Shown here piece by piece: positions 43,074 to 56,922 of a DNA stretch of 64,000 bases. Numbering within the stretch: the stretch's first letter is position 1; the number at the start of each line of letters is the position of its first letter. A program made the translations under genes and the position numbers. The notes under the pieces are model-generated. The model ran no database searches and had not been told where the DNA came from. It was given only the letters and a program-made list of their open reading frames with translations. This stretch comes from Octopus vulgaris (Eukaryota): the NCBI GenBank assembly GCA_951406725.2, contig OX597823.1:89156001-89220000 (forward strand). The letters are read 5' to 3'.

Positions 43074-44642
43074 GCATATACATATATATTGCTAGGTTTC
43101 CATATACACTGTTGTCCAGGTAATTATATATCCGGTGTCGAATATTCTATGATATATCCGTGTGAAATATTATGCTTCAATTCTTGAGATTGATCTCTGA
43201 CAAAACAGCGATAAATTACGCCTTTATTCCTTTATTCTATAGTTGCACTGTGCCTTTAATGCGTAAAGCAACAACTCTGTTCCAACTAACAGCTTGCTAT
43301 GAAGAATCAATCTAATCTAAAAAGATACTAAAATCACAAAACAGACGAAAATATTTATTGAAGCTTTATGTCCAGTCAAATAAATGTCTTTAAGCGTTTT
43401 GTTTTATTGAAAAAAATTATACTCATTTAGATTATCACATTTTATCGGCTTACTTTGATATACTAGATTTATCAACTATATATTTTGAAGATAATATAAC
43501 TTGTTGTTTCCCCTTTTATTGAGTACGACGCAAGCAAATATATACAGCTATTGTGTGATATTTGAATATTTTAACTTCTATTGATAATACATAAAATCCA
43601 TACGGCTTTAGAAGTTGATAAGTCGAATTTTATTGTATCCATGGAATTTTATAAGCTGTCAGGCACTCTGGGACTGAAACGCTTTCAAACCTGTACCATT
43701 CAATAAACAAATCATTTTACAGTTTCAGCTGCCAAAAAATTATCAATCGTTTTGCAGCAGGTGTTCTGAAGCTAGGATATATGTATTCTTTGCAGTACTT
43801 ATAAAAATTACCTAAAGGTAGATTTGTACAAAATTATAAGTTTAACATATTCACAACTGACTATTTTTCAATGATGCACCCTCAGATTTAGGGATTGATA
43901 TTTATTTTTAAGAATAAGGATGAAATGTATTATTTGAAATAATTGAATTCCAAATGTAATTAACAGAAATTATGCGATCTTTTTTTGTAGTATATATCAA
44001 CTGGCATTGTGTATTTTATACTATACCTTCACTTTACAAGATATGGGTTACACAGGAGATACACCAACACTGCCGAGCATGACAAAAAATGTACAGAGAA
44101 GAAACGGCATGATATCTTTATTCTGCAGTAATTGTCCTCCGTATCATGACTACATTCGTGAAAGCAAAAACATTGTATGCGAGAAAACACTAGAGTTTTA
44201 GCTGAACTTATAACAACAATGGCACGGCCATTGGTAATTAATGGTAATTAATAAACAAAATAATAATTGTTAAATATGTTGTTTGAATTTCTTGAGCTCC
44301 AAATATAATTGATAACCAAATACATTCTTTTTCATCTTTTATCCTTTATATTTTACTTGTTTCAGTCACTTGGGTGGAGCTATGCTGGACCACCGCCTTG
44401 GAGGGTTTTACTCGAAAAGTCGACTCGAGGACTTATTTCTTAAGCCTAGCATTTATTTTATCGGTCTCTTTTCCCGAACAGCTAAGCTACGTGGGCATCA
44501 AGACACTAACACCGGTTGTCAAGCGATGATGGAGAGACAAACAAAGACACAAAGACACACGCATAGCATACATATGCATATATATGCATGTATGCATATT
44601 ATATATATATATATATATATATATAGTTTATATATATATATG

Positions 44643-44673
<31 letters not shown>

Positions 44674-44788
44674 TTGATTCTCTGTGAAATTCAATCCTAT
44701 ATACAAACATATATATGTATATTTATATATATATATACTTTATATATATATGTATATATATATGTATATATGTATATATATATATGTA

Positions 44789-44835
<47 letters not shown>

Positions 44836-45877
44836 GGGGGCTTCTTTCAGTTACCATCTGCAAAGGCTTTGCTTGACCCGAGGCTACAGTAGAAGACACA
44901 TAACGAATGTGTCACGCAGTGGGACTGGCTCCGGAACTATGCGGTTGAAAACCATGCTTCTTAGCATCCAGCCACATCACCGCCTATGTTTTGCTTTTGT
45001 TTGTTTATTTCTTTTTTGTGTATGTGTCAACAATTGAATGTTTAAAGGTATCCAATCGTTTTACAATTTACAGATTTCGTTGATACGCCAAAACTGCTGA
45101 TAACCGAGTGCGCTGGAACAAATAGTTTGATAAAATGTGTTCTATGGCATCTGTTGTTTCTGTTCATATCATCATTACGTTCATAAAAACAAAAATCCAG
45201 TATAAGGTGAGAACATATTTGAATATTAGGATCTAACACAGACCATTCTATCTTCAAATATACTTAAAAGTAATTTATTTAAAATATGATGGACTTGAGT
45301 TAAAAGTTAGATCACTGACATGTGTCACGTCTTCATTAAGTAGAACATTATTCTACTATTCTACTTTTAATCTCGAAACCTTATTCAAAAAAATTGATTG
45401 TCTGTGAAATTTAATCCTGTATATAAACGTTCAATTATCAAACTGGATATTAACCTTCTTAATCTTGATCTGGTCTGTCTTCCTTCATCCCGAGCACTCA
45501 TTTATTTGAAATCTAGAATATAATTCATGGCAACTGGTTTCATCAGTTTGTTGGTTTTGACCGGATATCCCAAGCAGGAGATTACGCGTTCCTTTTATCG
45601 AGTAATCTTTAATATTGGGAATCGTTTATTGGTTCAACATAGTCGTCTTTGTATTTGGGTGCTTCATTTTATTGCTTTTGTACAATGTTTATTTCAGTGC
45701 CCCTTTTTAATGTAAGAGTGAATTTTAAACAAACCAGTTTTACTGTTCTATTCTGTTAATGACATATGTCACCTCATCTGTTGTCATTCTAACAAATAAA
45801 GAAACTATATGCAACTTCGTTTTCCAGACAATAGCCATGCCATTGCTTTTAACACAGTACTCCTGGATGATTAAAGA

Positions 45878-46418
45878 GTTGGATGGGAGCTGATGAAGGC
45901 ATATATACACCTATTATCCTTTTCTCATCTTCGGACTCATTGTGTGTTTACACCTGACGTCTCGTATACGAAACGTCATAGTAAAAATGAGTGCTGGCTA
46001 TAATTTCTATAGAATATCTGTAAATATAACATTGACAAGTAATGTAAAAGCGCGTTGCTAAAACAGTGGAACGCGATATTGACTTATGAAAACGTTTCAT
46101 AAACTGTATTGTAAATTATGGGTGCATTACGAAAGATCGCGTATCTAAAAGTCATTAGTGTTTACGTTTAATATGTAAAATTGGTATATCCAGTAACCAA
46201 ACACCGCTGTATACAGTGGCTATTTAAGCAATGTGTTCGAGGATGATCAAAGTGTTGGATGGGTGCATATGAAGTGGAACCCCCCACCCCGGAAATCTGG
46301 CATATTCACTTCGATCTCATTGTTTGTTTACATCTGACGTCTCGTATATGAAACGCCGTAGCAAAAGTCAGTGCTGGTTATAATTTGTATAGAATATCTA
46401 TAGAGATAACCATAGCAT
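45878..46418. repeat. Diverged direct repeat, each copy carrying a 24-bp near-palindrome
   Basis: ctcattgt.tgtttaca.ctgacgtctcgtata.gaaacg...agtgctgg.tataattt.tatagaatatct at about 45936 and 46316. Confidence 0.8.
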
Positions 46419-47162
46419 TCTAATGTTCTGTTGTTACAGTGTATAACTCTATAAAATGTTTGCAATTTGTTTGCAGAAGTATGCCTTACTGAGTATGGCT
46501 TCTCTAAAGCTATGTTTATTTAAAATAGCATTTACAGAGGATATTCAGTATTCGAGTGTCTGTAGTCTTATATGTGCTTGGTTATGTTGTATTTAATTAT
46601 CATACAATATGTATTTTCATTAAAATTTTCTTAGAATGTTTATATAATGTTATCTACGTTATTTTACTTGCTGCGCTACATAGAATATCTAGTCTACATT
46701 TAATTTACTTCTCCGCTTATTCTAGGGTAACTGCTAGTTTGTAAATATAGATAGTTTATTTAACCCAACATAGTCTTTTGTTGTGAACATGCAACTGTTT
46801 AGGAAATTGTTTAACCTGATGATAGCGTCGGATATCATAATATTATTATGATTGTAATTGTTTTTGATGTTATTACGCTAACGGTATACTATTTCATTTT
46901 GCGCATTGCTGAAAGCATGCTTTAATCTTAAGAGGGGATATCGTAAACATAAATCTACAATCAGACTGATTTTTGAAAACTGATAGATTCACCGTTTAAT
47001 TCATGCCCGGCTAATATGGAATAATTACAAAAATTTCAGTTGCTATAGAGATCGGATTTGTCACTACTGAAGAAATGTCACCACTGAAGAAATGTCACCA
47101 TAAGTAGTAAAGTTTTCATTATTAACATTGCTAATGCTATCTTCGTCGGTAACAGTAACATT

Positions 47163-47600
47163 AGTTTCGAATTTTCGCACAGGACCGGCTGTTTTTGAAG
47201 GGAGAGGAATTCGATCACATCGACCACAGTGCTTGATTTATTTTAACTCGAAAGGATGAAAGACAAAGTCGAGTTCAGAACGTGAACACGGACGAACAAA
47301 ATGCCGCTCAGCATATTATCCGGCGTGCTAATGATTCTACCAGCTGGCAACCTTTATCAATATCCGTATCATTAACAACGCTAAAAATAATATTTTTATT
47401 GTTAAAATCAATGTAGGCGGTGAGCTGGAAGAATCGTTAGCGTGCCGTACAAAATGTTTAGTGGTATTTCGTCCGTCTGTATGTTCTAAGTTCAAAATCC
47501 GCCGAGATCGAATTGCATTTTATCGTCGAGCAATGAGGCTGATACATCCTACGAACCCTCTCCCCACAAATCACAGGCTTTATGCCTACAGTAGAAAGAA
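47163..47600. mobile_element. Head-to-head pair of Meta-domain SINEs
   Basis: Minus copy at about 47163-47353 and plus copy at about 47416-47600 (ggcggtgagctggaagaatcgttagcgtgccg...). Confidence 0.8.
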
Positions 47601-47744
47601 TTATTATCATCATTCCTATCATTTCTTCTGTTTATAAGAGCACTCAATATTTCCAGTGCTCTGTACCAAAGTCGGCGAAGGGCAAAATCATGGGGTATTG
47701 TGAGCCAACTAAAGAAATAGGGTTCCCTGTTATAGCAAAGTCGA

Positions 47745-48003
47745 TACCAAAATTTGAGAAATATCAGGATCTAGCCAAAGAGCTGGTGAAATAGTAGAAG
47801 ACACAAAGAAACTAATTATTTCTGTACTTGGCTCAGCCCGGAAATGCTACCTGAAATGCTACTATCCAATATTCCGCAAGAATACTGAGAAAGGGTCTTG
47901 ATATTTGAGGAGAATTGTTGTCACCAAACCTAAGGAGATAAAAAGCCTGCTAAATAAATTAGTATACCGTTAGCGTAATAACATCAACAACAACTACAAT
48001 CAC

Positions 48004-48061
<58 letters not shown>
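47745..48061 (+). mobile_element. 3' end of an R4/Dong-type RLE retrotransposon with (AAC/TAA)n tail
   Basis: Reads KFEKYQDLAKELVK ... ARILRKGLDI*, matching the RLE C-terminus (K.EKYQDL..EL...ARILRKVL). Short 3' UTR, then TAA repeats, the known Dong target. Confidence 0.75.
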
Positions 48062-48527
48062 GTGTTATAAAAGATGGGCTACAACAAATATTTTGCTTAA
48101 TACCACAGATTTGCTTGTCAGTTACTTGACCTTAACCAGTTGAGCATGTCCCTTAGTGATTGACGATATGTGCATCTCTAATCACAAGCAGAAGTAGTGG
48201 GGGAGCATCATAGCCATGTGCTTAGAGGAATTCTTTGGAGTTTGGATAATTCACCTTTGGAAGCATGGATGTTTTGTTCAATATCCTCGAACAACCCTTA
48301 TTCAGGGACATCTTGAGCGGGATGGGCTACTCAACCTGAAGATAATTCTAACTGGGCTCCACCTGCAAGGTTATGTGCTGTTTATCTTGATATAAGACCA
48401 CCATGTCGCACACATATGGTTGTGATGTATGTGCCTGGTGTACCCTTATTAGATGGGTAGTCATTATGGGTATACTGGGCTTCGTATATTTAACCCCACT
48501 TTGATGACATGCACTGCTCTCTCACTC

Positions 48528-48580
<53 letters not shown>

Positions 48581-48590
48581 TAATAATAAT
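48062..48590 (+). mobile_element. Non-coding interspersed repeat ending in ctctctcactc-(AAT)n
   Basis: A ~465-bp GC-richer block bounded on both sides by (TAA)n. Recalled as a common Octopus repeat; class not determined. Confidence 0.55.
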
Positions 48591-48779
48591 ACTTTCTACT
48601 GTAGGCACAAAACCTGAAATGTTTGTGGGGAGAGGACTAGTCGATGATATTGACCCCAGTGTTCCACTGGTACTTGATTTATCGACCTGAAAGGACGAAA
48701 GGCAAAGTCGACCTCGGCGGAATTTGAACTCAGAACGCAGGGACGGGCGAAATACTGCTACGCATTCCGTCCAGATTAC

Positions 48780-48810
<31 letters not shown>

Positions 48811-48918
48811 AAGAAGAAGAAGAAGAAGAAGAAGAAGAAGAAGAAGAAGAAGAACAAGAACAAGAAGAACAAGAAGAAGAAGAAGAAGAAGAAGAAGAAG
48901 AAGAAGAAGAAGAAGAAG

Positions 48919-48950
<32 letters not shown>

Positions 48951-49324
48951 CCTGTTATCTTAGCGAAGAAGTCTATTCGATTACATCGATCACAGTATGC
49001 AACCGGCGAAATTTGAGCTTAGAACGCTAAGGCAGACGAAATATCACTAAACCTTCGTCCGGCGTATCAATGATTCCGCCAGCTAATCGGCTTCATGATG
49101 ATGATAATAATCATAATAATACTTTCTACTGAAGGCTCAAATTTGAAGGGAGGGAACTAGTCGATTACATCGATCCTGTGACTCACTGGTATTTTATCTA
49201 TCGACCTCAAAAGGATACGGCAAGGTCGACCTCGGAGGAATTTGAACTCAGAACGCAGTGACGAGCGAAATACCGCGAAGCATTTCGCCCGACCTGCTAA
49301 CGATTCTGCCAGCCCGCCACCTTA
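48590..49324 (-). mobile_element. Cluster of Meta-domain SINEs with a long (AAG)n tract (48781-48948)
   Basis: Copies at about 48590-48772, 48975-49092 (internally deleted) and 49120-49324. Confidence 0.85.
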
Positions 49325-49362
49325 ATAATAACTACAACAACAACAACAACAACAACAAAAAC

Positions 49363-49415
<53 letters not shown>

Positions 49416-50836
49416 GTTGCCCTAATAGTAATTTATCGCATGGCCTATCACATCGTAATTGGTCTGCTGAGCATCAATGTCATACATCAGCAGACATCAT
49501 CAACAGTGTGTTCACTTTGAAAATTCAAAGTGCTTAAATATTGGCACAAGAGATAGAGATAGATGGATAAATATAGATACATACATACACACATACATAC
49601 ATACATACATACATACATACATACATACATACATACATACATACATGTAGACAAATATACAAAACACGGACATTCTTACGTAAATACAAACAGGATGACA
49701 TAATTACAAGACCATATCAACTCTAATACAATATTTTTAGCAATAATCATAGAGAGAGAGAGTGGACAGGATAGAGGAGAGAGACCGAAAACAGAAAATA
49801 AGCAAAATAATTGAAATTCTATACAGTGAGTTATAGAAACGGAGGTAAAATACTATAGCAGGAAACACAAGATGGAAAACTGCTAAGATTACATTATAAT
49901 CGTATTTTGAAAGTAAGCACACCATTTAGTGTAGGAAGCTCCTGGCACAGGAAGTGTACGATGGTAGTTCGTTTGCCTGTTGAAATATTTCATTCAATTG
50001 CTCTTCATACGAGCGATTTCCGGTTTTATTGAATATTCTTCAGAGATAGATGCTTCCACAAGGTGGCTTCCTGTTGTCACTATACACGATGTTGAATCTT
50101 TCGATTATGATGCAATAGCGTATTGAGAGATACATGTGATTTTCATTCACGCTTTGAATACTACGCACGCATATATATATACAAATATATATATAAACAC
50201 TTGCAGACATAAATATAAATACATAGAAACAGACTGAAGACTAACAGTATGTCATTAATATTATCAATAGCTATTGAACCAACATCAGCAAGCTCTTAGT
50301 GGGAAAGCGGGTACATAGATCAATATATGTGTATGTGTATCTGTGTATATTTAAAGACATAGTTACCTCCTTCCCTCTCTATCTGAGTGCATGTGTCTGT
50401 GTGTGTCTGTGTGTCTGTGAAGACGCACGACCTAGTGGTTAAGCTGTTGCACTCACGATCGCTAGATCACGGGTTCGATTCCCAAAACTGTGCAGCACGT
50501 TTCATTTCACATAGCTCCTGAATGACTTTCGATCAGGAGTACAAGAATGTTGTCTTGTTCGCCTCGCCAGTGGGATGGTGTCTTTCGAAGGCTAAAGCGA
50601 TGCCAAGTGCATTATGACCAGCAATATATAACAGCATCAGATAGTCTGGTCGGTTACGCGATATATAAATATTTATTGCAGTAAATATAAAAAACAACTT
50701 TATTGAGACGTAAGGTTATGGAATTTTTTCTTATCGAAATATATTTTAAACAATTCTTTTCATATTTCACAGTAGGCGACCAGTGTTGCCGAGTGTGCGA
50801 ATAAGTATACAAGAGTTAAGGAATGGGGTAGATAAG

Positions 50837-50931
50837 ATCCGGACTACATATGCTTCATAACAGGCTGAACCTCGGAAGTGGTAAATATCCAAGTGAGGTT
50901 TATACTGCAGGCTATTCTTCAGGCCAAGGAT
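50837..50931 (-). ncRNA. Type I hammerhead ribozyme motif (A15.1G variant)
   Basis: Minus strand reads atcc-tt-ggc CTGAAGA atagc ...(long insert with aacctc/gaggtt stem)... gttat GAAG catatg TA gtc-c-ggat. Stems I and II pair, and helix III is the palindrome CATATG. Confidence 0.7.
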
Positions 50932-51037
50932 GCCTTGATTAAATGAAGGCTTAGATTGCCGCAAGGAGGTACATGTTAACACGCGGAAGATTCAATCACA
51001 ACTCTTGTGTGTGTGTGTATATATATTATATACATAT

Positions 51038-51096
<59 letters not shown>

Positions 51097-51117
51097 CACA
51101 CATACATGTATGTGTTA

Positions 51118-51193
<76 letters not shown>

Positions 51194-52384
51194 TACATAT
51201 ATACATATATACATAGAACATATAAACATATATGTATGTATTATATGTATGTATATTATCTTTTTGTTTGTTTCATTCATCGGATTGCTGACAGGCTCAG
51301 GAGACGTCTTGAAGGACTGTGTGCCATATATCAACACGAGTAATTACATTACATGTCCCTTACTGTTTTATCGCTCTTTTAAACCGAACTGCTATGTAAC
51401 GAAGACATAAACAAATTAAAACGGCAGGTTCAAACATACAGACACACACCGATACACATCAAACACACACAGACACACTAACGCACACGCACACACACAC
51501 GCACATACATATGCAATCAGAAAACCACTACTTTCAGAACAAACGTTTAGAGTGAAATAAAAACCTACAGAATTGATCCCTAGAGCAGTGGAAGAATGTT
51601 ATTTTCTCGGACGAATCGGTCAAGAACTGTTCCCAGCGTGGGATCAGACGGTGAAATAGGATGGTCACTATTATGAATGCTAGGATGCTTTTTCTTTAAA
51701 TCCGACAAATTTGGCAAATAAATGCCAAAATATTGCAAAACATTTCACTCAACAATATAGTTTAACAACGGTTGTCTTTCACTTTCCGACTACAAAATCC
51801 ACTCACAAGTCATTAGTCGACCTGAGGCTATACCAGAAGATATTATGCAAAGTGTCACGTAGTGTGATTGAATACTGAACCATGTGGCTGGGAATGAAAA
51901 TTTTTACCACAGAGCCACACCTGCGCTTGCAAAAAGAACTCATGGAACAAGGCATAAATCAAATGCCATCATAACGACGCCAAAGGAAATCTTTAAAACA
52001 TTTTATTTCCACTTTGTCGACCAAAAGATATCACAATGTGCTAATTCATCAAAACATAAGAAGTAAATCTACCTCTTATTTTTTCATAGTAAAATCTAGT
52101 TCTGAGATATTAATGAAGTAAGTGTTCTAAGTTGTGAAAGAATGAATACATTCATGTGCTGGATAGAGAGAATACTAAATCTGTACACACCATTTGTAAC
52201 TGAATTGTGTCCGTAAAGGCAGTGTGCCGTCTGTAAAATGAAAACTAAAACACGTAACATGGCACAACCACTTCGTAAAAGGTGTTATCGTCTTCAAGCA
52301 GAGCATACCCACAAAGTTACGACGACAATATAGATATATGGGTGCTCTACATAGCTGGCTTAGCCTGTATTCTTCTTACTCTAA

Positions 52385-52510
52385 CATGTTGCATACATGT
52401 TGCATACATGTTGCATAAAAATCATTTACTTCCATGCTCGAAATCATGTTTGACTTCAAAATCATGTCTGACTCGAAATCATGTTTGACTCGCTCGAAAT
52501 CATGTTTGAT
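52385..52510. repeat. Short tandem repeats (catgttgcata x3; ctcgaaatcatgtttga x4)
   Basis: Directly visible. Confidence 0.85.
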
Positions 52511-53038
52511 CAGAAACGAACGCATATCATTCAATTTTGCCTCTCCATATACGTTCGGCGTCATAATCGAGATGTAAAATGAACAGTATACTGTTTCGAT
52601 GTTTATTCAATTTGGAGCAGACAATCAATTTCAGTTATCAGCAACCGACTTAAATTGCAAGTATAATGAGTAACACAAGTAAAATGATTCTGCAGAGAAA
52701 TCATACAAGCTTCACCACCAGTGGGTTAATCATGAGAATACAATGTTGATAATGACAAAACAACATAACTAGTTTTATTATACGAAATACATTGTCTATA
52801 CAATATCGAGTTTTTCATTTCAGTGTACATCGCTTGAGATATGAATCTTCGTATAGAAACAAAATGTTGTAGAAATTATTGTTCATGTCAATATTGTTCA
52901 GTTGATTCGTAACCTCCAGCCAAAATACCATTTACTGAATGTATTTCATTCCGCTTAAAATTTAGTTTTCAATAGTTTGCTTAAATGTATGTATGTATGT
53001 ATGTATGTATGTATGTATGTATGTATGTATGTATTATG

Positions 53039-53290
53039 AAGGTGCGTGGCTTAGTGGTTAGGGGTATTGTGCTAACGATCGTAAGTCGTGCTTTCCATTT
53101 CCGGTAGCGCGTTGTGTCATTGAACAAGACAGTTTATTTTACGTTGCTCCATTCCTCTCAGCTGACAAAATTGAGTAGTACCTGCATTTCAAAGGGCCCG
53201 CCTTGTCACAGGCTCTATTACGCTGAATCTCCCTGGGAACTACATAAATGTAAGCCTACTTGTGGAGTGCTCAACCACTTGCACGCTAAT
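53039..53290 (+). mobile_element. CORE-like tRNA-derived SINE
   Basis: Head aaggtgcgtggcttagtggttagggg (A-box) and body gttgtgtcattgaacaagacagtttattttacgttgctcca. A related copy lies at about 50420-50660. Confidence 0.75.
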
Positions 53291-53506
53291 TTAAATGGGG
53301 TGGGGTGCGCGTGTGTTCGAGCGCTTGTTTATGAATACGTGTGTTGTGGATGTGTGTGTGTATGTATATATAACATTATTATTTGGTCAAATACAGCTTA
53401 TCGTAGTATATACAGTATCGTAGGCTCGTCCAACGGACCTAACTCAGATTCGTGAAACTTCGACCAAATATATTGAGTGATACTTTCTTTCGTTTGTTTA
53501 TTCACT

Positions 53507-53568
<62 letters not shown>

Positions 53569-53994
53569 CGTGTGCGTGTACACGTATGTGTAATTAGTTT
53601 CAATAATTGGTTCGTTACTACGAAAATGTGAGACAGGTTTACAGTTGCGTGTTACTCCTTCTATCAAGCGAAGAAACAAATTATTTCGTGAATGTAGTTT
53701 CATAATCAACAAGTAATTATAACAGACATTCGATTATTGAACTAATCAGGAAGTGAATATTTTAGAACAAGTAAGGAAAATTTTCTGTAAAGAGTCAATC
53801 AGATGAGATGATTTATCAGACGTTTAATTATTTTTATTACTAATATTACGGCAGTGAATCACAGAATATATTGGGCACTGATATTACTGAAAAGTTTCAT
53901 GATATGCCTATGACAAATAATACAGTTTTAACCAATCGTTCTTCTCAAAAAGATTTGAACTTACATATGCAAAATAATGAAGCTGCCATCATAT

Positions 53995-54203
53995 TGGTTT
54001 CAAATCTTCACACAAGGCCAGCAATTTTAGGGGAGGTGCAAGTCGATTACATCAACCCCCGCGTTCACCTGGTACATTTTATTGACTCAGGAAAGATGAT
54101 AGGCAAATTGAATTTCAGTGGAATTCGAACTCAGAACTTAAAACGAAATAAATGCCGCAAAGCATATCGCCCGGTGTGCTGAAGATTCTGCTAGTTCAAC
54201 GCC
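53995..54203 (-). mobile_element. Meta-domain tRNA SINE
   Basis: Same head, body and tail as the other copies. Confidence 0.8.
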
Positions 54204-55032
54204 ATGATGGAGCTATCATCATATTAACTATGTACATGTTTAATCACTCTGAATACTACTGTCTCGAGCCCTAGAACTCTTAGAGCCAGTAACTCAGTTT
54301 CTACGACCTATAAGAAACTGATATCACTATATTCTCCCTCAATGGGAAGCCAGTCTCATGCAGGGATACTCATTTGCATATGAAGGGATTGGAGAAACGT
54401 CCGGTCCTGAAATCGAAACCACAATCTTGCAATCGAAATTACAATACCAGAATTAGTAGACGACTGAATATCTAATAACTATATGATTATGTGTTCTAGT
54501 TAAATTTTCGTTGCGGTCATGACGTATGAAATTTATTGAATACTGTTAAACTATTCCACTGATATTTTGTCATTCTCCCGATCCGTCATCTGTAATATAT
54601 ACTTCGGTTGACCGGAAAATATACAAGATTATCAGGAGTCTTATATGGAGGTAGGTGAGTCAATGGTGGGTCGAGACGGTGATATGATTTTAATTACCAT
54701 TCGACAGCAATTCGTTACAAAAACACTGAGAACACCAATGAGATAGGCATGAATGTCAAAATATATAATCTCTTCTATTTCCTAAAATATAAAGTATCTA
54801 TAACTTGGAAACATGAAACCAAAAATGTGCAGAATTATAGTCTCATATAGAGCAAGAATTAAGCTGTCATCAAGCCGTGGTGTCGAGAATGATACGATTA
54901 TTCAATGAAGCCAATATACTTCTCTTCTGTCACTATTTTCATCGAGAATGACATAAAAGTTATAGCATTCCATAGCTACTCTAACTAGAATATATTATTA
55001 TTATTATTAGTAGTAGTAGTAGTAGTAGTAGC

Positions 55033-55099
<67 letters not shown>

Positions 55100-56632
55100 T
55101 TCAGGACCTACTAAAAAGAAACCTATGTTATATGGAAATAATAAAGTCGATACAACCCCTATGATTAACTTCCATACAATAATTCCTTTTGTATCAACTT
55201 GAAAACAAATTAGGCCATCATATATGCTTTGCTAGTATTATTATGTCTTCTTTGAGTGATTAACGATCACAGAACACGTAGTATTTCTAGAGAGAGTTTC
55301 ATATAAAAAATAAATTAGAACAATTTTAACATAGCTATGTCTACACAACAACTTTAGAGGATACCACTTCTGGCAATGAAGTGTAGTCACTAATTATTTC
55401 ATAAGCCAAGTCAGTAAAGGGCAGAACAAAATGTTCTGTGATATTTGTACTGTCTATCTGCACTCTAAGTTCAAATCCCACTGAGGCCGACTTTCTTTTC
55501 ATCCTTTCGGAGTCGATAAAATAAAGAATCAGAACAAGACGTAATGGTTAAATTGTCGAAGATGACGCCTCGAAATACGAAACTAAATACTGAAGCAATA
55601 TAAAGACAGCGTAAAGTGGGGGTTATTGCGGTGCTATTCTGGTGTTACTGTGAGCCCACCTGTCCACGAAGTTCGTAAATTCACTCACATTTCCAAAATT
55701 AGAGTCGACGTCAGTAAACTCGGGAAGGTACAAATTACTCGAATTAAGTGTGGAATCAATACAATTATTTTACTAAGCCAAGAAAAGGGTTGTTTTAGGT
55801 GGTGGTCTTTTGGCAAGTTTCCTCTACTATTTCTAGAATTTTAGAAACCTATCCTCAATAAAGAGCTTGATCATTGTCATAAAAACCAACTAGAAGTATA
55901 AAACAGAAAATTATAAGAAAAACCCATCTCGATTGGTGTTCGCATAGCAAGCTTTCTTCATTGTTCATTGACAATTCTTCATTGTAAATAACCTACCAAT
56001 AGTAAAGAGCGAAGCCTCTAACATATCAGGAGCGGGAAGTATACAAGAGATACGACAAAACTAAATAAGAGCCTACGTAGATGTTTTCGACTTTCATTTT
56101 ACGGATTCGGTTCTTCTCCATATGTAGAGCAGCAAGAGACATTTTAGCAAATCGACATAATGTTGTGAATGGTAGCTGTGATTATGGAGGAGTTAGCGTA
56201 ACTCAGTATACGTTTCAAAATCATGGTGTATAAAGGTATAAAGAAAATGTTCTCGATATTCTATGGAATCGTTCTTTGTAAAAGGTGTGATGGTTTTGAA
56301 ACTGAGTTGTGCCACTATATTAGAGACATTGGAGAATGGACTTGGCAATCATCAGCACAGATACACGAAAAGAGGGAGGTATGCTATATACGCAGACTGC
56401 TCTTTCGGAATATGTCTCTGAAGAGTCAAAAAGCGATCTGCAAGTAACCAAAGGGACACCTTTACACATGCAAACACAAACGCACGCGTACACATATGTG
56501 TGTAAGAAAACCCAAAGGTGTCATTTAATGCTGGGTAAGTGTTATAGACAGACTATAGTTAAGTTCCAGGTTCGATAATGATACGAATGACGAGTCTAAC
56601 GTAGGTGGTATATTAGCATGCATCTGGAAAAA

Positions 56633-56730
56633 TTAACTGAATGAGATAAAATATCGCACCGTCTCTGATGAAGGGATATATAAAATATTCCGGAAACAGC
56701 TGTAAGACCTCTTTTATCTCATTCTGTTAA
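56633..56730 (+). ncRNA. Type I hammerhead ribozyme with intact core and extended stem I
   Basis: gtct CTGATGA a gggatat ataaa atattcc g GAAA cagctg TA agac. Distal stem I pairs ttaac-t-gaatgagataaaa with ttttatctcattc-t-gttaa. Predicted cut after A56704. Confidence 0.85.
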
Positions 56731-56737
56731 GTTATGG

Positions 56738-56777
<40 letters not shown>

Positions 56778-56922
56778 AAATATATATATATATGTATATA
56801 TAACTATACATATATATGTATATATATATACACATATAGATAGATAGATATACATACATATATATAAACATATATGTATAGATATATATGTAATAATAAA
56901 ATGTAACAACAAAATAATTATT

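Noticed and set aside
45885-45985. CTGATGA ... GAAACGTC as a hammerhead
   Set aside because: No stem I or II complementarity; GAAACGTC is part of the palindrome.
50000-50050. Minus-strand CTGAAGA...GAAA...GTA
   Set aside because: Stems do not pair.
52437-52510. Repeated 17-mers resembling a CRISPR array
   Set aside because: Head-to-tail with no unique spacers, in a eukaryotic context with no cas genes.
53039-53110. tRNA-like A/B boxes (also in other SINE heads)
   Set aside because: Degenerate SINE heads with no complete cloverleaf, so not called as tRNA genes.
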